Of a DNA stretch of 64,000 bases, positions 25,036 to 37,959 are shown piece by piece (position 1 is the stretch's first letter; every line of letters begins with the position of its first letter). The stretch comes from Hemiscyllium ocellatum (lineage: Eukaryota), in the NCBI RefSeq assembly GCF_020745735.1, contig NC_083428.1:18414001-18478000 (forward strand). The letters are read 5' to 3'. The notes beneath the pieces were generated by a model. That model ran no database searches, was not told where the DNA came from, and saw only the letters and a list, made by a program, of their open reading frames with translations. The translations under genes were made by a program, and so were the position numbers.

Positions 25036-26473
25036 CCATGTTTCCTCATTACAACAGCAACTACATGTCAAAAATACTCCATTGGTGAAATGGGATGACT
25101 TTGGATTAATTAGGAATGGCATTAGATTTAATTCTGATAACACTATTTACTCCACCTCCGCAACTCAGGTAGCACTGAAATGCCAATCTGCAGAGGGATT
25201 TCATGGCATTTTAAAGGAAAAGTGCAATTGCTGTGTCAAGCTGACGGTATTAAAAAGTATGCATTTACTTTTAAAAAGACAATGTAAATGTTTTCATTCT
25301 GGAGCACTGACCTCCACATTCTGCAAAAAGATGAATAGCCGTTATCATTTAACAAGTAAAACCATTGAAATACCTGATATATCATTAAAATGTAGTCAGT
25401 GAACACATTCAAATTATCACAATCAACAGGTACCTATTGTGAACATTGTTAAATGTTTTTTGAACGCCAACTTCTAAAGTGAAAGTGGTAACATATTAAC
25501 AAACTCTTCATTCATTTAAGTAATTTTGCTAGTTCCAACTTTGATACCCCAGTTAATTATTGACTTTCAGTTCTCCTAATTCATTTTAACTTTAATATAG
25601 CAACTGGATTTCGGGGAATGGCTACGCACAGTTTATCTAACATTATCTTTCGGGTACCTTGCAAGCACTTTTCAATATGAATGAATTGTATACAAGGGCA
25701 ATCCTTTGTAATAATATATCATTTTAACTGTTAAATTTTATTCTCTAATAAGCTGTCCAAAGCATCTTTAATGTCTGTAAAATAACTATTGCAACTGTCT
25801 AAATGACAAGACGACATTAACAGTCCATCATAATGCATCTGAGAGATCCGATAAAGTTATATCAGTTCACTTATGTATCCAATAGGATACTGAGGTAACC
25901 AATGGCTCACTCTCTAGTACATTAATATCTAATTTATTTAACAAATAACACATGCTTTAATGTTTGAATTATTCCTCTAAATTGAATCCTTCTTTAGTAG
26001 GTTACCATGTAGGTAACCTATGATTCTCAGACATCTTCTTGAGTCTCTGCAAACGTCCATATAAACCTACTCCTTTCCAACATATAGCCCTAGATCAACA
26101 CCACCAAAACATATTTATTTCATTTTTCAAAAGGAGGAATCTTAAATTAGCTGATGTGTTTTTTTTCCCCTAAAACAAAGATAATGTTTCAAAAAGTGGT
26201 TCATTGGCAGTGAAGCTCTTTAGGATATCCTGACGTAATGTGAGCAGACAAATGAATGTTTGTTTATTAGTTTTAGAATTGAATTTCAGAATGTTATTTC
26301 TATTTGATTTTTACAAAGAGGGGTTAATCGGCTGTTTGGATGGCTCAACCTGTCCCCTCAGAGTACGGTGTTGACCCTCAGATTAAAGCACCGTCAGCCA
26401 TCTCTATCTAATGAGAGAGAAACCCTATGGTCACTAAGACTATGGCAACTATTTTTACTCTCAAATTCTAAGT

Positions 26474-26681
26474 TCAAGCAGTCCCCAGGTTGTGACTGGA
26501 TTCTGTTCTGAAGGCGATTCCCAAGCCAATTTGTATGCAAGTTGGAACATAATGTAGGATAACAAAGGAGCAGTAAAGAAAATATCAGTATTGCAGCTTT
26601 TTAAAATTAAACCCCTGCATGAGATTGCGTTCGAAGGACAAATGTCCAAAAGCCACACATTTATAAATGGAGGCCTCCTAT
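26474..26681. mobile_element. Degenerate Tigger/pogo-like MITE
   Basis: Left end caagcagtccccaggttgtgac resembles a Tigger TIR; right end ...ggaggcctccta is a degenerate complement. Confidence 0.35.
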
Positions 26682-27629
26682 TTACAATTACAAAGAAGAT
26701 GCAATTATTAAATCGTTTAAATAATATGCCACCATTAGGAAATGAGATTGGTGAGTTTTACTTAATTTACAGTGTCCTTGGGTAATATAACATTATTTAT
26801 GTTGCATTACAGAACACTAGAAATACATTGTACTAAAGGCGGTCATTTGGCCCACTAAATCTGTACCAGCTCATTGCTAGAAAAATAATCAGAATTTATT
26901 CTATTCTCTTTCCTTAGATTTACCTCTGCATCAAAGTATCATATATCTTTTCCTTAAAAGATAGCAAAGCACCTGCACTCATGCAGCTACAAGAAGTTCT
27001 CCGAAACTCTCTGCATTTTCTCAGTGACACTTATAAATTGATGATTCCTGTTAATTACTGATACTCTCCTATTAAGTTTGCTGTTAGCATCAGTGGAAAC
27101 ACTGCAACTGCCTTATGTACCTCAGTCAATGGCATCATTCTGAAGAGGTAGTATTCTATATTTTCAATGTTTTCTCTACAATGGGTCACCCAAAACAGTG
27201 AAAAAAGTTCCAACGCTGAGATAAACATTAATTTATACACACTTATCACGATTTCTTTGCTCTATTGCACTTTGCTGAAATTTATAAAATTCCAAATGCT
27301 GTTGGTATTTCCTGTCAATTCAATTTCCTATATTGGCACATTCAAGAAATCAAGTATGATCTCCCTGTTCCTCCCCATCTTTCAGTGTCTTTCCGATAAG
27401 GATACCCTCCAATTCTATTTCTCATATCTTTAATCATTCGAGCCAGACCATTTCAGTTTCTGAAACAGCTCCATAAACTCATTGATAAGTTCCTGCAGAT
27501 AAGTCAGCAATTTTCCTGAGAAAATCGGCAGGAAGTGCCTGACTACTAGAAGATTGGGATCTGACACTCAAAGCCACAGTTTTATCACATTTGACCTTAA
27601 TATAAAATCCTTGAGTCCAACTTTTGTCC

Positions 27630-28100
27630 TTAGTTCTAATTTGGTTGATGCAACTTTCAAGGAACTATGCACCTGCAACTCCAAGGTCTCTCAATTTGGC
27701 AGCATTCCCCAGTGCTTTGCCCTGGTTTGCCTTACCAAAATGCAAAACCTTGCATTTTCCACATTAAAATCCATCTGCCACTCCTTGGCTAATTGGCCCA
27801 AATGATAAAGATCCTATTGCACTCTTAGATAATCTTCTTCACTGTAAACTATACTACCAATTCTAGTATCACCTTACTAACCATGCTTCCTACATTCTCA
27901 TTCAAATTGCTTACATAAATGACAAACAGCAATGGACCCAGTACCGGTCACTGTAGAACACCACTGGTTAGAGGCCTCCAGTCTAAATAACAACCTTGCA
28001 CCATCACACTCTCTCCTACCATCAATCCAATTTTGTATCCAATTTGCAAGCTCTCCCTATATCCCATGTAACCTGACTTTACTAACCAGTCTACCATGCA
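27630..28100 (-). mobile_element. CR1 LINE RT fragment
   Basis: Minus-strand CR1 RT phrases (WRPLTSGV; W..KWQM.FN). Confidence 0.75.
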
Positions 28101-28273
28101 GAACTTCAAATCTGATATCTCTCCACAGATGTTGCCAGAGCTGCTGAACTTTTCCAGCAATTCCTGTGCTTGTTTCTGATTTATAGCATCCATAGTTCTT
28201 TTGGTTTCTGTACTCTGTTATCTCTGTTCAAGTCTAAATCATACATTTATTTCAAGTACAAGTGAACCCTGTA

Positions 28274-28985
28274 CTGGGTGTTCTTGTACACCAGTCAATG
28301 AAGGCAAGCATGCAGGTACACAGCAGGTAGTGAAGAAGGCTGATAGCATGCTGGCCTTCATAACAAGAGGAATTGAGTATAGAAGCAAAGAGGTGCTTCT
28401 GCAGCTGTACAGGGCCCTGGTGAGACCACACCTGGAGTACAGTGTGCAGTTCTGGTCTCCAAATTTGAGGAAAGACATTCTGGCTATTGAGGGAGTGCAG
28501 CGTAGGTTCACGAGGTCAATTCCTGGAATGGAGGGATTACCTTACACTGAAAGACTGAAGCGACTGGGCTTGTATACCCTTGAGTTTAGAAGACTGAGAG
28601 GGGATCTGATTGAGACATATAAGATTATGAAAGGATTGGACACTCTGGCAGCAGGAAATATGTTTCCGCTGATGGGTGAGTGCCGAACCAGAGGACACAG
28701 CTTAAAAGTACGGGGTAGACCATTTAGGACAGAGATGAGGAGAAACTTCTTCACCCAGAGAGTGGTGGCTGTGTGGAATGCTCTGCCCCAGAGGGCAGTG
28801 GAAGCCCAGTCTCTGGATTCATTTAAGAAAGAGTTGGATAGAGCTCTCAGGAATAGTGGAATCAAGGGTTATGGAGATAAGGCAGGAAGCGGATACTGAT
28901 TAGGAATGATCAGCCATGATCATATTGAATGGCGGTGCAGGCTCGAAGGGCAGAATGGCCTACTCCTGCACCTATTGTCTATTGA
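28274..28985 (+). mobile_element. Young 5'-truncated CR1-clade LINE; open ORF2 C-terminus (ORF 28201-28899)
   Basis: LYRALVRPHLEYSVQFWSP...RRLRGDLIETYKI...RRNFFTQRVVAVWNALP is the canonical CR1 ORF2 C-terminus; 3' UTR and (CTATTGT)n-like tail. Confidence 0.95.
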
Positions 28986-29119
28986 CTAAATCTACATTAA
29001 AGTCCCAAATGTTTCTGGTGGGCACAATGTCAATCACCTCAAATAGGCAGCAGTCAGTGTAACCAAGCACTAAGGGAATCCTCATCCCCACACTCTGCTC
29101 CAGTACCATTACCCAAAGT

Positions 29120-29320
29120 GGGGAGTTGGTTCGCCTAGTTGGCAGGATGGTTAGTTTGTGGTGCAGAGTAACACCAATAGTATGGATTCAATTCCTACAC
29201 TATGAATGTCCTGCCTTCTCAACTTCACTCCTCGTCTGAATTATGATTGTTAGGTTAAACTTAAAAGCTGTCATCTCTCTCGAATAAGAGAAAGAGCCTC
29301 TCAGGCAATGGCAACTACCA
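29120..29320 (+). mobile_element. Ancient tRNA-derived SINE (second family; related 3' part at 26320-26455)
   Basis: Degenerate A/B boxes and shared catctctctc..aatgagagaga..ctatggcaact tail. Confidence 0.45.
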
Positions 29321-29599
29321 CTACCCAGACCAGGCAATAGTTTCAATGTGGGCTATCAACCATTATCATAATACAGGGAAGAAAATGTCAGAAAGAAGCA
29401 AGCAGTCCAACTCGAGTGTTGGATGGGGCTGGAATATATTGCGACTCTTTTGGTTTCACCTCTGTTTATGAATGAAATGATTGCAATCATAGGAGACTTA
29501 GAAAATCATGAAGGAAGAAAGATGATGATGGATCTGCCTGTAACTACAGATAGCAACAGCTGCTTCAACTGCCCCAAAATAGTTGGCATCATTGTAGAC

Positions 29600-30155
29600 C
29601 ATAGAGTCATAGAGCTGTACAGCATGGAAACACACCCTTTGGTCCAACTCGTCCATGCTGACCACACATCCTAACCTAATTTAGTCCCATTTGTCAGTAT
29701 TTGACCCATAACCCTCTAAACCCTTCCTATTCATACACTCATCCAGATACCTTTTAAGTGTTACAATTTTACTAGTCTCCACCACTTCCTCTGGCAGCTC
29801 ATTCCATGCATACACCGTACTCTGCAAAAAAAGTTGCCCCTTTGGTCATTTTTAAATCTCGCCCTCTCACTTTAAACCAATGCTCTCTAGCTTTGGAATC
29901 CCCAACCCTGGGGAAAAGACCTTGTCTATTTACACTATCCGTACCCCTCATGATTTTGTAAACCTCTATAAGGTCACCCCTCAACTTCTGACACATTCAG
30001 TAAAACAGCCCCAGCATATTCAGCCTCTCCCTATAACCCAAACCCTCCAACCCTTGCAGCACCCTTGTAAATCTTTTCTGAACCTTTTCAAGTTTCACAA
30101 TATCCATCCGATGGAAACTAGAACTGATCACAGTACTCTAAAAGTGGCCTAACCA
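29600..30155 (-). mobile_element. HER1/CR1 LINE 3' fragment
   Basis: LRGDLIEVYKIMRG on the minus strand; (CATAGAGT)n tail. Confidence 0.85.
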
Positions 30156-31601
30156 TTCATTATGTAGTTTCCATCTAAAATATTGGCAAATAGTTAGCAA
30201 TAGTTGCCTAATCAATTAACTATGCAAGACAAGCAAAGACAGCTTAAGCCATGATACTGTGTTTCCAAGCTTTCCCAAATCAGAAATTTATTTTTGACCA
30301 ACACACTTTGTTTCTAGTCATCACCCAATCCTTTAGCCAAGTGTCTAGTTTGGGGTCGGATTGCCTCATCTCTCTTTATGATTTGCTTTTCTCTGGAGCC
30401 ATTCACGATTATTGACTAGATTTGGAGCCACATACCGTTATCTACACCATGTTATAGTAATGAAATCTGGTTTGAATGGGCCTCAAGGAAGACATTCAGA
30501 ATACTCCACTTCCAATAGATCCAGGTCTCTGAATTCTCTGGGAGTACTTCTCACTTCAGAACTTTCAGGTAATCCCCTCTCCCTTTGAAAATGAGGCCAT
30601 AAAGATTTTTAAATTTGCAGAAACATAAGAAGCAAAATGATCTGCATAATATTCCCCAGGACTTTATCATTAAGTGTATAAGCCCTTGCCTGATTAGCTT
30701 TTCCAAAATGCAGCACCTCAAAATTATCTAAATTAAACTCCATCTGCCACTGCTCGGCCCATCTGAACAAGGTCCCGCTGTATTCAGAGGTAACCTTCTT
30801 GGCTATCCACATAACCAATTTTGAGGTCACCAATAAACTTGCTAACCATACTTGCTATTATTCATATCCAATTCATTTATATAAATGACAAGAAGCAGTG
30901 GACCCTACAATGATCATTGCAACACACCAATTTCATGATTTTGGTTATGTCATAAGTTCACTGTAGTAATTGGAGTCTATGCAACATTTTATGTTGCTGT
31001 TTAGCATGTTTTATGAAATTTATCTTCAAATTGTATACTATGTTAAAAATTGAGTAGATCTGAATCATTTATCAGATTCTAAATAGACCTCCTTTCCTTG
31101 TAGTGGAGCAAGACCAATTCCAACAGAACAAGAAAGGTTGAGAAACAAAATGAAACAAACACTTTTTTTTTGTTCACCCAATTCCTCTCTCACCAAGCTC
31201 CCAGATTTTCACTTTGCTTCTTTAACTGTACTGGTTAAAAACTATTGGAATTCTGAGGAAAATAAGGTCGCGCAATAGATGTAGAACAATTTAAATGTTG
31301 TTATTTGACAAAGTTTCTCTTTAGACGAGTAAGAAGAGTTATTCTCAAAGTGGATGACATGTTATTTTGATATGAATTGTGGTAGATTTTCATCAACATT
31401 GTCTGGACATTAATCAGGTAAGGAGAACATGCCTTAAATCGATAGCATGAAATTCAAGTGGGTTCTATAAAGAGTGAATGATCCACCCCACCATAGTGCA
31501 TTCAGATGGCAAGGAAGAAAGTTTGTTACGGTATCTTTGGGTTTGTGACCGGTTTTACAGCTGGGCTGAAATGTCAGTGAATCTAAAGACACAGCTAACA
31601 T

Positions 31602-31907
31602 TATGGTACAGTAGCTCAGTGGTTAGCAGTGCTGCCTCACAGCACCAGGGACCCTGATTCGATTCCTGCCACAGGTGACTCTGTGAGTGGTGTTTGCACA
31701 TTCGCCCCATGTCTGCGTGGGTTGCCTCCCATAATCCAAAGATGTACAGAGCAAGTGAATTGGCCATGTTAAATTGCCTATAGTGTTAGGTACATTAGTC
31801 AGAGGCAAATATAGGGTAGGGGAAAGGGTCTGGGTGGATTACTCTTTGGAGGGTGAGTGTGGACTTGTTGAGACGAAGGACCTGATTTCATACTGTAGGG
31901 AATCTAA
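31602..31907 (+). mobile_element. HE1-type V-SINE
   Basis: Head, partial V-domain, tail. Confidence 0.85.
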
Positions 31908-32223
31908 TTTTTAAAAATTACATTTTAATAGACAGGAACTACACATTATAGTGGATGCAAAATTCAGTTCTACTAGAGTCATATTATGGTTTGAACTCAG
32001 GACCTTTTGTTTATGAGATGCAACAGAAATGCTTACTCTAAAATTTGAATAAGTATTGTGATTCTCTGATAAATTCCAGTTATAAGATCACCAAGTGTAT
32101 TTGCAGCAGTTTCAATTATAAGATTGAATTGCTGCAAATAACCATGACAATGAACTGTAAAGTAACCCCCCATTAATATAAATATTTTATATAAAATATG
32201 TAACAGCCATCATCTTCTGACAC

Positions 32224-32458
32224 AACTTTTTCACGCGTGGTGCGTGTATGGGGTGAGCTGCCAGGGGATGTGGTGCAGGCTGGTGCAATTGCAACATTTG
32301 GGAGGCATTCGGATGGGTATATGAATAGGAAGGGTTTGGAGGGATATGGGCCGGGTGCTGGCAGGTGGGACTAGATTGGGTTGGGATATCTGGTCGGCAT
32401 GGACAGGTTGGACCGAAGGGTCTGTTTCCATGCTGTACTTCTCTATGACTCTATGACA
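32224..32458 (+). mobile_element. HER1/CR1 LINE 3' end
   Basis: 3' tail shared with HE1 SINE (ggaccgaagggtctgtttcc) and (ctctatga)n. Confidence 0.85.
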
Positions 32459-35284
32459 TGTTCTTTCACGACCAGTCTAACCTTTCAATGTGCAACTACG
32501 TTAATATTTCAGATTTGAAGGCAGGAGTAGCAGTGAAGCTACAAGCTCTCACCATTAATCTGACAGCAACTTCCAGTATCCACACATGCACAGAAAAACC
32601 CACAAATCAGCAAGGTGCTGACCAATTTCCCCCACTTCTCTCAAAGCATCTCACTCAGCGATTTGGCATTGGAATACATGCAAAGTCATGAAGATATGAT
32701 ATTTACCCCTGAGATACCCAGTAAGCTTAGAAGGTTAGAAATCTCCATTTCAGGGTAAATGAATTTTTCATGGCATAACCAGTTTTAATCACTTCGACTC
32801 AACCTCCCAGACCTTAAATACTAACAATTTTGAATGTGGAGTCTCATTCCTTTAGCTTTCAATGATTGAAAAAGAATTTTTAAAAAATCTTTTCTTTCTA
32901 TTGCTCTCAATACTATTTTATTTCCCCTTTACACTTTTGAACATGAGTTTACATTGAATTAAATATTCTGACTTACTCTCCCTGTTTGAGACTCTGCATG
33001 TCTCAGTAAGGATTCTTCACTCTGAGATGTATTGTTGCTTACCTGCATCAAATCTGCAATAGAGGGCACAATGCGGTTTCAGATGCCCATTCAGTGTAGG
33101 TTGCGATGTGAAAGTTCACTAATCACCTTTTGGCAGCTGCAAGTGTGATGAACTGTGAACACCATTAGTTTGCCATGGATCGCAAAATCTGGGCCATCAT
33201 GAAAACCGAGCTCAAATATTGCTTTACTTCCAGGATAATATGTACAGCATAGTTATCAATGTGTGAATATGTTGTGTTGCAGCACTGACCATTTTATGCC
33301 ATTTCACTTACAACGTCCCACCCTTGCTGCTGAAAGTGATGCAATGTACTAATTCCAAGTACCATTCCTAGCCCCTTTCTCTTATCTAAACTGATCTGCG
33401 CTTCTGCTGAGAATGCTGCCCAACAACACTGCCTATTGAGGCTAAAACCCTTCTCCATATTTTTGTTACCTTATGAGCAGATATTGCTGGTCTTAGAAGC
33501 TGTTTTTGTAGCTGTACCATAAAAGGAAATTGGAAGCTTTACCAAATATGGTACAATGCCTATGTACTGCTCTAAAGCATTTTGGAATATTATTGAGAGA
33601 TTTTAATAATATATGTCTGATTTTTGAGAAATTTTTTAACCATCTGGTGTTAACCTATTAAAAAAATACTAGACTGCATAATTTCAACCTGAGTTGAGAT
33701 GTTTCAATGCAAACTGGTTGATTTGTCAGGAAAACACATTTGTATTTTCTCATGTCTCTATTAATCAGAACAAGAACAAAACTCTTGGCTTTGTTCTCTT
33801 AAATCCACATTCAAATTTGGGTAACAACAGATCTAAACATAAACCAAGATTATGTCAGATTCCTACAGATAATAAATTTTTTTTAAAACCCTAATTATTC
33901 AGGACCAATTCATTCTGGTCCAGCACTGGATTTAATAAACGATTATACCAGCTGAATTTATTCCATCAGGGAGATTTATCAAACTGTTGCATTGTTTGAT
34001 TTACTGACTCCAGGTGTGAGAAGGAAACACAAGTACCTATTGTCTATTTCCACTACAAAGAAATAAGATACAGGGTAAAGAATTCCACAGAGTCTTACAG
34101 TGATAATAATAATGGGAGCTACTTTAGTACAACAAGTAATGCTTTGGTTCCACTACAGTGTTTTGATAATTCACAAAAACAGCCAGTCTGCAATGTGTGC
34201 ACTGGCTTCATCAAGAAATAACATGAAAAAACAGCAGCTGCAAATGTATACAAGATGCATTCGTACACCAGTGTGGGACCTGTTACAGAGGATGCTAATA
34301 AGACATCCTGTCTTATTATCAACACAAAAAAATTGAATGCATTACTCTCCTCTTATCAGTATTTTACCATACAAATTATCAATCCAATATTGCAGCAGAA
34401 GGTCCATCTTACAATGCTGGCTGTAGAAACTTTTCTGGTTATCATGCGTCAAGTCTTCTATCTGTGATCCATCGAAATACATTTGCATCTACCGCATAAA
34501 CATAACAATTATCCTTGAAACTGTAGCATCCACTTATATCTGTTAGTGAACAAGACCAGGTCTGTGTGTATAGTATTTTCATTTTTGTCTCTTAAAGCTC
34601 TTTTGGTATAGAATACTGTGGACAAAAAATAAAACTGTGTCAAAAAGTTCATTGGCATACCATTAATGAAAGGAATGCATGTGTTGGTACGCCCAACAGG
34701 TGGGAAGCTATCTGCAGATTGATTTGCTTAATGTAAATCATTTCTAACAGTGATGTGACTATGGCTGTCAGAAAACAGTACCAGAAGGTAATACTTTTCA
34801 TAATAGGCCTCTCAATAAATTGGGGTGTTTCCTGCAGCTTATCTACCAATTCCAAAACCTTGTCAAATAGTGAATATTTCAATACTTAAACTGCTCCTTC
34901 CATTGCTCCCAAAAACGGTAGCAAGACATTTTCATTCGACGTGTTGACTTTTCTTAATGAACCAGCTGCAGAGCAATACAGATTAACCCAGACAAAAGTA
35001 CTAAACCTTTTGCCCTTTATAAATGTATATTCCCTTTCTCCAAGCCCTTTACAGCATGCATTTACACATCACAATGTGTACTATACTGCAGGTATAAACA
35101 GGAAACAAAGTAGTCTAAAACATAAAGTGCATCTAAATGGCTTTGCACAAAGTTCTAAACATCCATGGTTATACTTCTGTCAAACTCAGGATTGTTGTTA
35201 TAAACTGTTGTCATTGGGTGGTAGGCTGGACAAACATGCTGTCTTCATTCTATAGAAGGCAGGAATTATTTTCTACTTATTCAC

Positions 35285-35381
35285 CGCTTCTTTCTTCTTT
35301 TCTCCGTCGCTTGCCTCCAGTGCTGGTCCGCACAGGCACAGAGGCAGCAGCAACACCATAATCCTCCAACTTCAGTTTGAG
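35285..35381 (-). CDS. Candidate exon with polybasic end (two open frames), gene unknown
   Basis: Locally GC-rich; ttgttgcag acceptor, G|gtgaat donor; reads LKLKLEDYG...GGKRRRKEERS or AQTEVGGLWCCCCLCAC...RRKK. Confidence 0.25.
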
Positions 35382-35751
35382 CTGCAACAAATTGTGAGAA
35401 ATAAGCATTAATTAAAATCTGCACACCAGTAAAGGAGTGACATCGAAGAAGTTGTGCAATGAGCCATCGCAACTGGGTTCAAAGGGTTGTCGAAGAAAAC
35501 AACATTCCTGAAAAAGATACTCAAACAAAGGAGCTAAAAGGTTCAAGGATATCAGCCATCTGCAGTCTTAAGTTTATCACATGCTATATTACTACAAAGC
35601 CATTTGAATTAACCAGACAGTATCATAGAACCAGAAAATTGTGAGAGAACAGGAGGCCAATGACTTATTGCTGGTTACAAGAGCAGATTGGATAAGTCTT
35701 ATTCCCTACAAGTCCTGCATGATTTTCTTCTCTTTAGGTGCTTATCCAATT

Positions 35752-37115
35752 CATAGAGTCATAGAGATGTACAGCATGGAAACAGACCCTTTGTGCAACT
35801 TGTCCATACTGACTAGATATCCCAATCCAATCTAGTCCTACCTGCCAGCACCCAACCCATATCCCTCCAAACCCTTCCTATTCATATACCCATCCAGATG
35901 CCTTTTAAATGTTGCAAGTGTACCAGCCTCCACCACTTCCTCTGGCAGCTCATTCTAAACACGTACCACCCTCTCGTGAAAAGTTGCCCCTCAGGTCTCT
36001 TTCATATCTTTCCCCTCTCACTCTAAACCCATGTCCTCTAGTTCTGGACTCCCACACACCAGGGAAAAGATTTTGTCTATTTATCCTATCCATGCCCCTC
36101 ATGACTTTATAAACCTCCAAGGTCACCTCTCAAGCCTCTGACACTCCAGGAAAAACAGCCCTAGTCTATTCAGCACAGTGGCTCAGTGGTTAGCACGACT
36201 GACTCACAGCACCAGGGTCCCAGGTTCGATTCCAGCCTTGGGCAACTGTCTGTGTGGAGTTTGCACATTCTCCCTGTGTCTGCGTGGGTTTGCTCTGGTT
36301 TCCTCCCACAATCCAAAGATGTGCAGGCCAGGTGAACTGGCCATGCAAAATTGCCTCGTAGGTTAGGTGCGTTAATCAGAGGGAAATGAATCTGGGTGGG
36401 TTACTCTTCGGAGGGTCGGTGTGGACTTGTTGGGCCGAAGGGCCTGTTTCCACACTGTAGGGAATCTAATCTAAGGAGAAAGTGAGGACTGCAGATGCTG
36501 GAGGTCAGAGCTGAAAAACGTGTTGCTGGAAAAGCGCAGCAGGTCAGGTAGCATCCAAGGAGCAGGAGAATCGACGTCGATTCTCCTGCTCCTTGGAATC
36601 TAATCTAATCTATTCAACTCAAATCCTCCAACCTTGGCAACATCCTTGTAAATCTTTTCTGAACCCTTTCAAGTTTCACAACATCTTTCCAATAGGAAGG
36701 AGACCAGAATTGCTCGCAATATTCCAGAAGTGGCCAAACAAATGTCCAGTACAGCTGCAACATGACCTCCCAATTCCTGTAGTCCGTACTCTGACTAATA
36801 AAAAAAAAGCATATCAAATGCCTTCTTCACTATCCTTTCAAGGAGCTATGAACCTGCACTCTGAGGTCTCTTTGTTCAGCAACATTACCTAGGACCTTAC
36901 CATTAAGTGTATAAGCCCTCCTAAGACTTGCTTTCCGAAAAGGCAGCACGGCACACTTATCTAAATTAAACTCCATCTGCCACTTCTCAACCCATTGGCC
37001 CATCTGATCAAGATCCCGTTGTAATCTGAGGTAACCTTCTTCACTGTCGACTACACCTCCAATTTTGGTGTCATCAGCAAACTTACTAACTACACTTGTT
37101 ATGCTCACATCCAAA
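35752..37115 (-). mobile_element. HER1/CR1 LINE fragment with nested SINE and Penelope-derived insert
   Basis: SKFADDTKIGG (RT catalytic motif) in ORF 36830-37114; FWSPSYWKDVVKLERVQKRFTRM in ORF 36614-36817. Confidence 0.9.
36172..36612 (+). mobile_element. HE1-type V-SINE nested in CR1; its tail is split by a Penelope-derived insert (36475-36594)
   Basis: 14-bp TSD GGAATCTAATCTAA (36461-36474 / 36595-36608). Confidence 0.85.
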
Positions 37116-37959
37116 TGTATCTACCTCCATCACTCTCTCGGAAAAGACATTCTAGCTCACAACTGCTGAGTGAATAGAAAAGTGTTTGTCTCTAAAAATC
37201 TGATCAAGTCTCTAAGATTGTCAAGATCTGTTTGAAGTGCACTAACTTGAAATATTAATTGTTTCTCCTTCCGCAGATGCTATTGTACCTGCTGAAGTTT
37301 TCCCAGAACTTATGTTTTTTTTTAAATAGGCATGTATTTGGGGCAATGTAATTTAATGCACGAGAGATCCGCCCTCATTTTCCAAAGCAAAATCAAGATC
37401 TAAATGAATGCTTGTGTAGATACAGTTTTGAAAGAGATTAATCTTAGAGTTCACTGTTATTTCAGGCAAATATGTTTTACCCATATTTACAGATATCATA
37501 CTAATTTAATTTTGAGTTGATCTTATTTATTATAGTTAAATAATTGTCTCAGGTATTGGAAGTTTTAACTTTACCATTCTTGTCTGTGTAAAATCAGCCA
37601 ACTAATTAAAACCATTTAATCTTTTTTCCAAAATTCCATTAACACCTCCACTTCTCTTCCTTCTACAGTTGGGAATTACCAGCAACATATTTCAGAGTTC
37701 ATAATTTCAAACAAATAAGAATTAGGGTTGGGTTTGCCTTCCACATCATCTTGAGAACATTTTTTACAAATTCATGCATATAGTTTAAAATAAAAATTCA
37801 TACTTTCCACACAGATTTAGATCAATATTTACTATGATGATACCAATTAATTTCCTGGTTTTTCAACTTTCTGATACACTTTGACTGTTTCATTCTTCCC
37901 CACCACAAACACAGGCATCCTGCCAGGTAGGAAATTGGTACCAACAGAACAATCTGTAT

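Noticed and set aside
25998-26020. 9-bp inverted repeat taggttacc/ggtaaccta (and an 11-bp hairpin at ~45578-45606)
   Set aside because: Short enough to be expected by chance or local slippage in 64 kb.
28201-28899. 232-aa ORF as a host gene
   Set aside because: It is the CR1 ORF2 C-terminus with a chance upstream extension.
33311-33511. Two micro-exon candidates (LQKQLLRPAISAHK; QQGWDV)
   Set aside because: Too short to distinguish from chance splice-site pairs.
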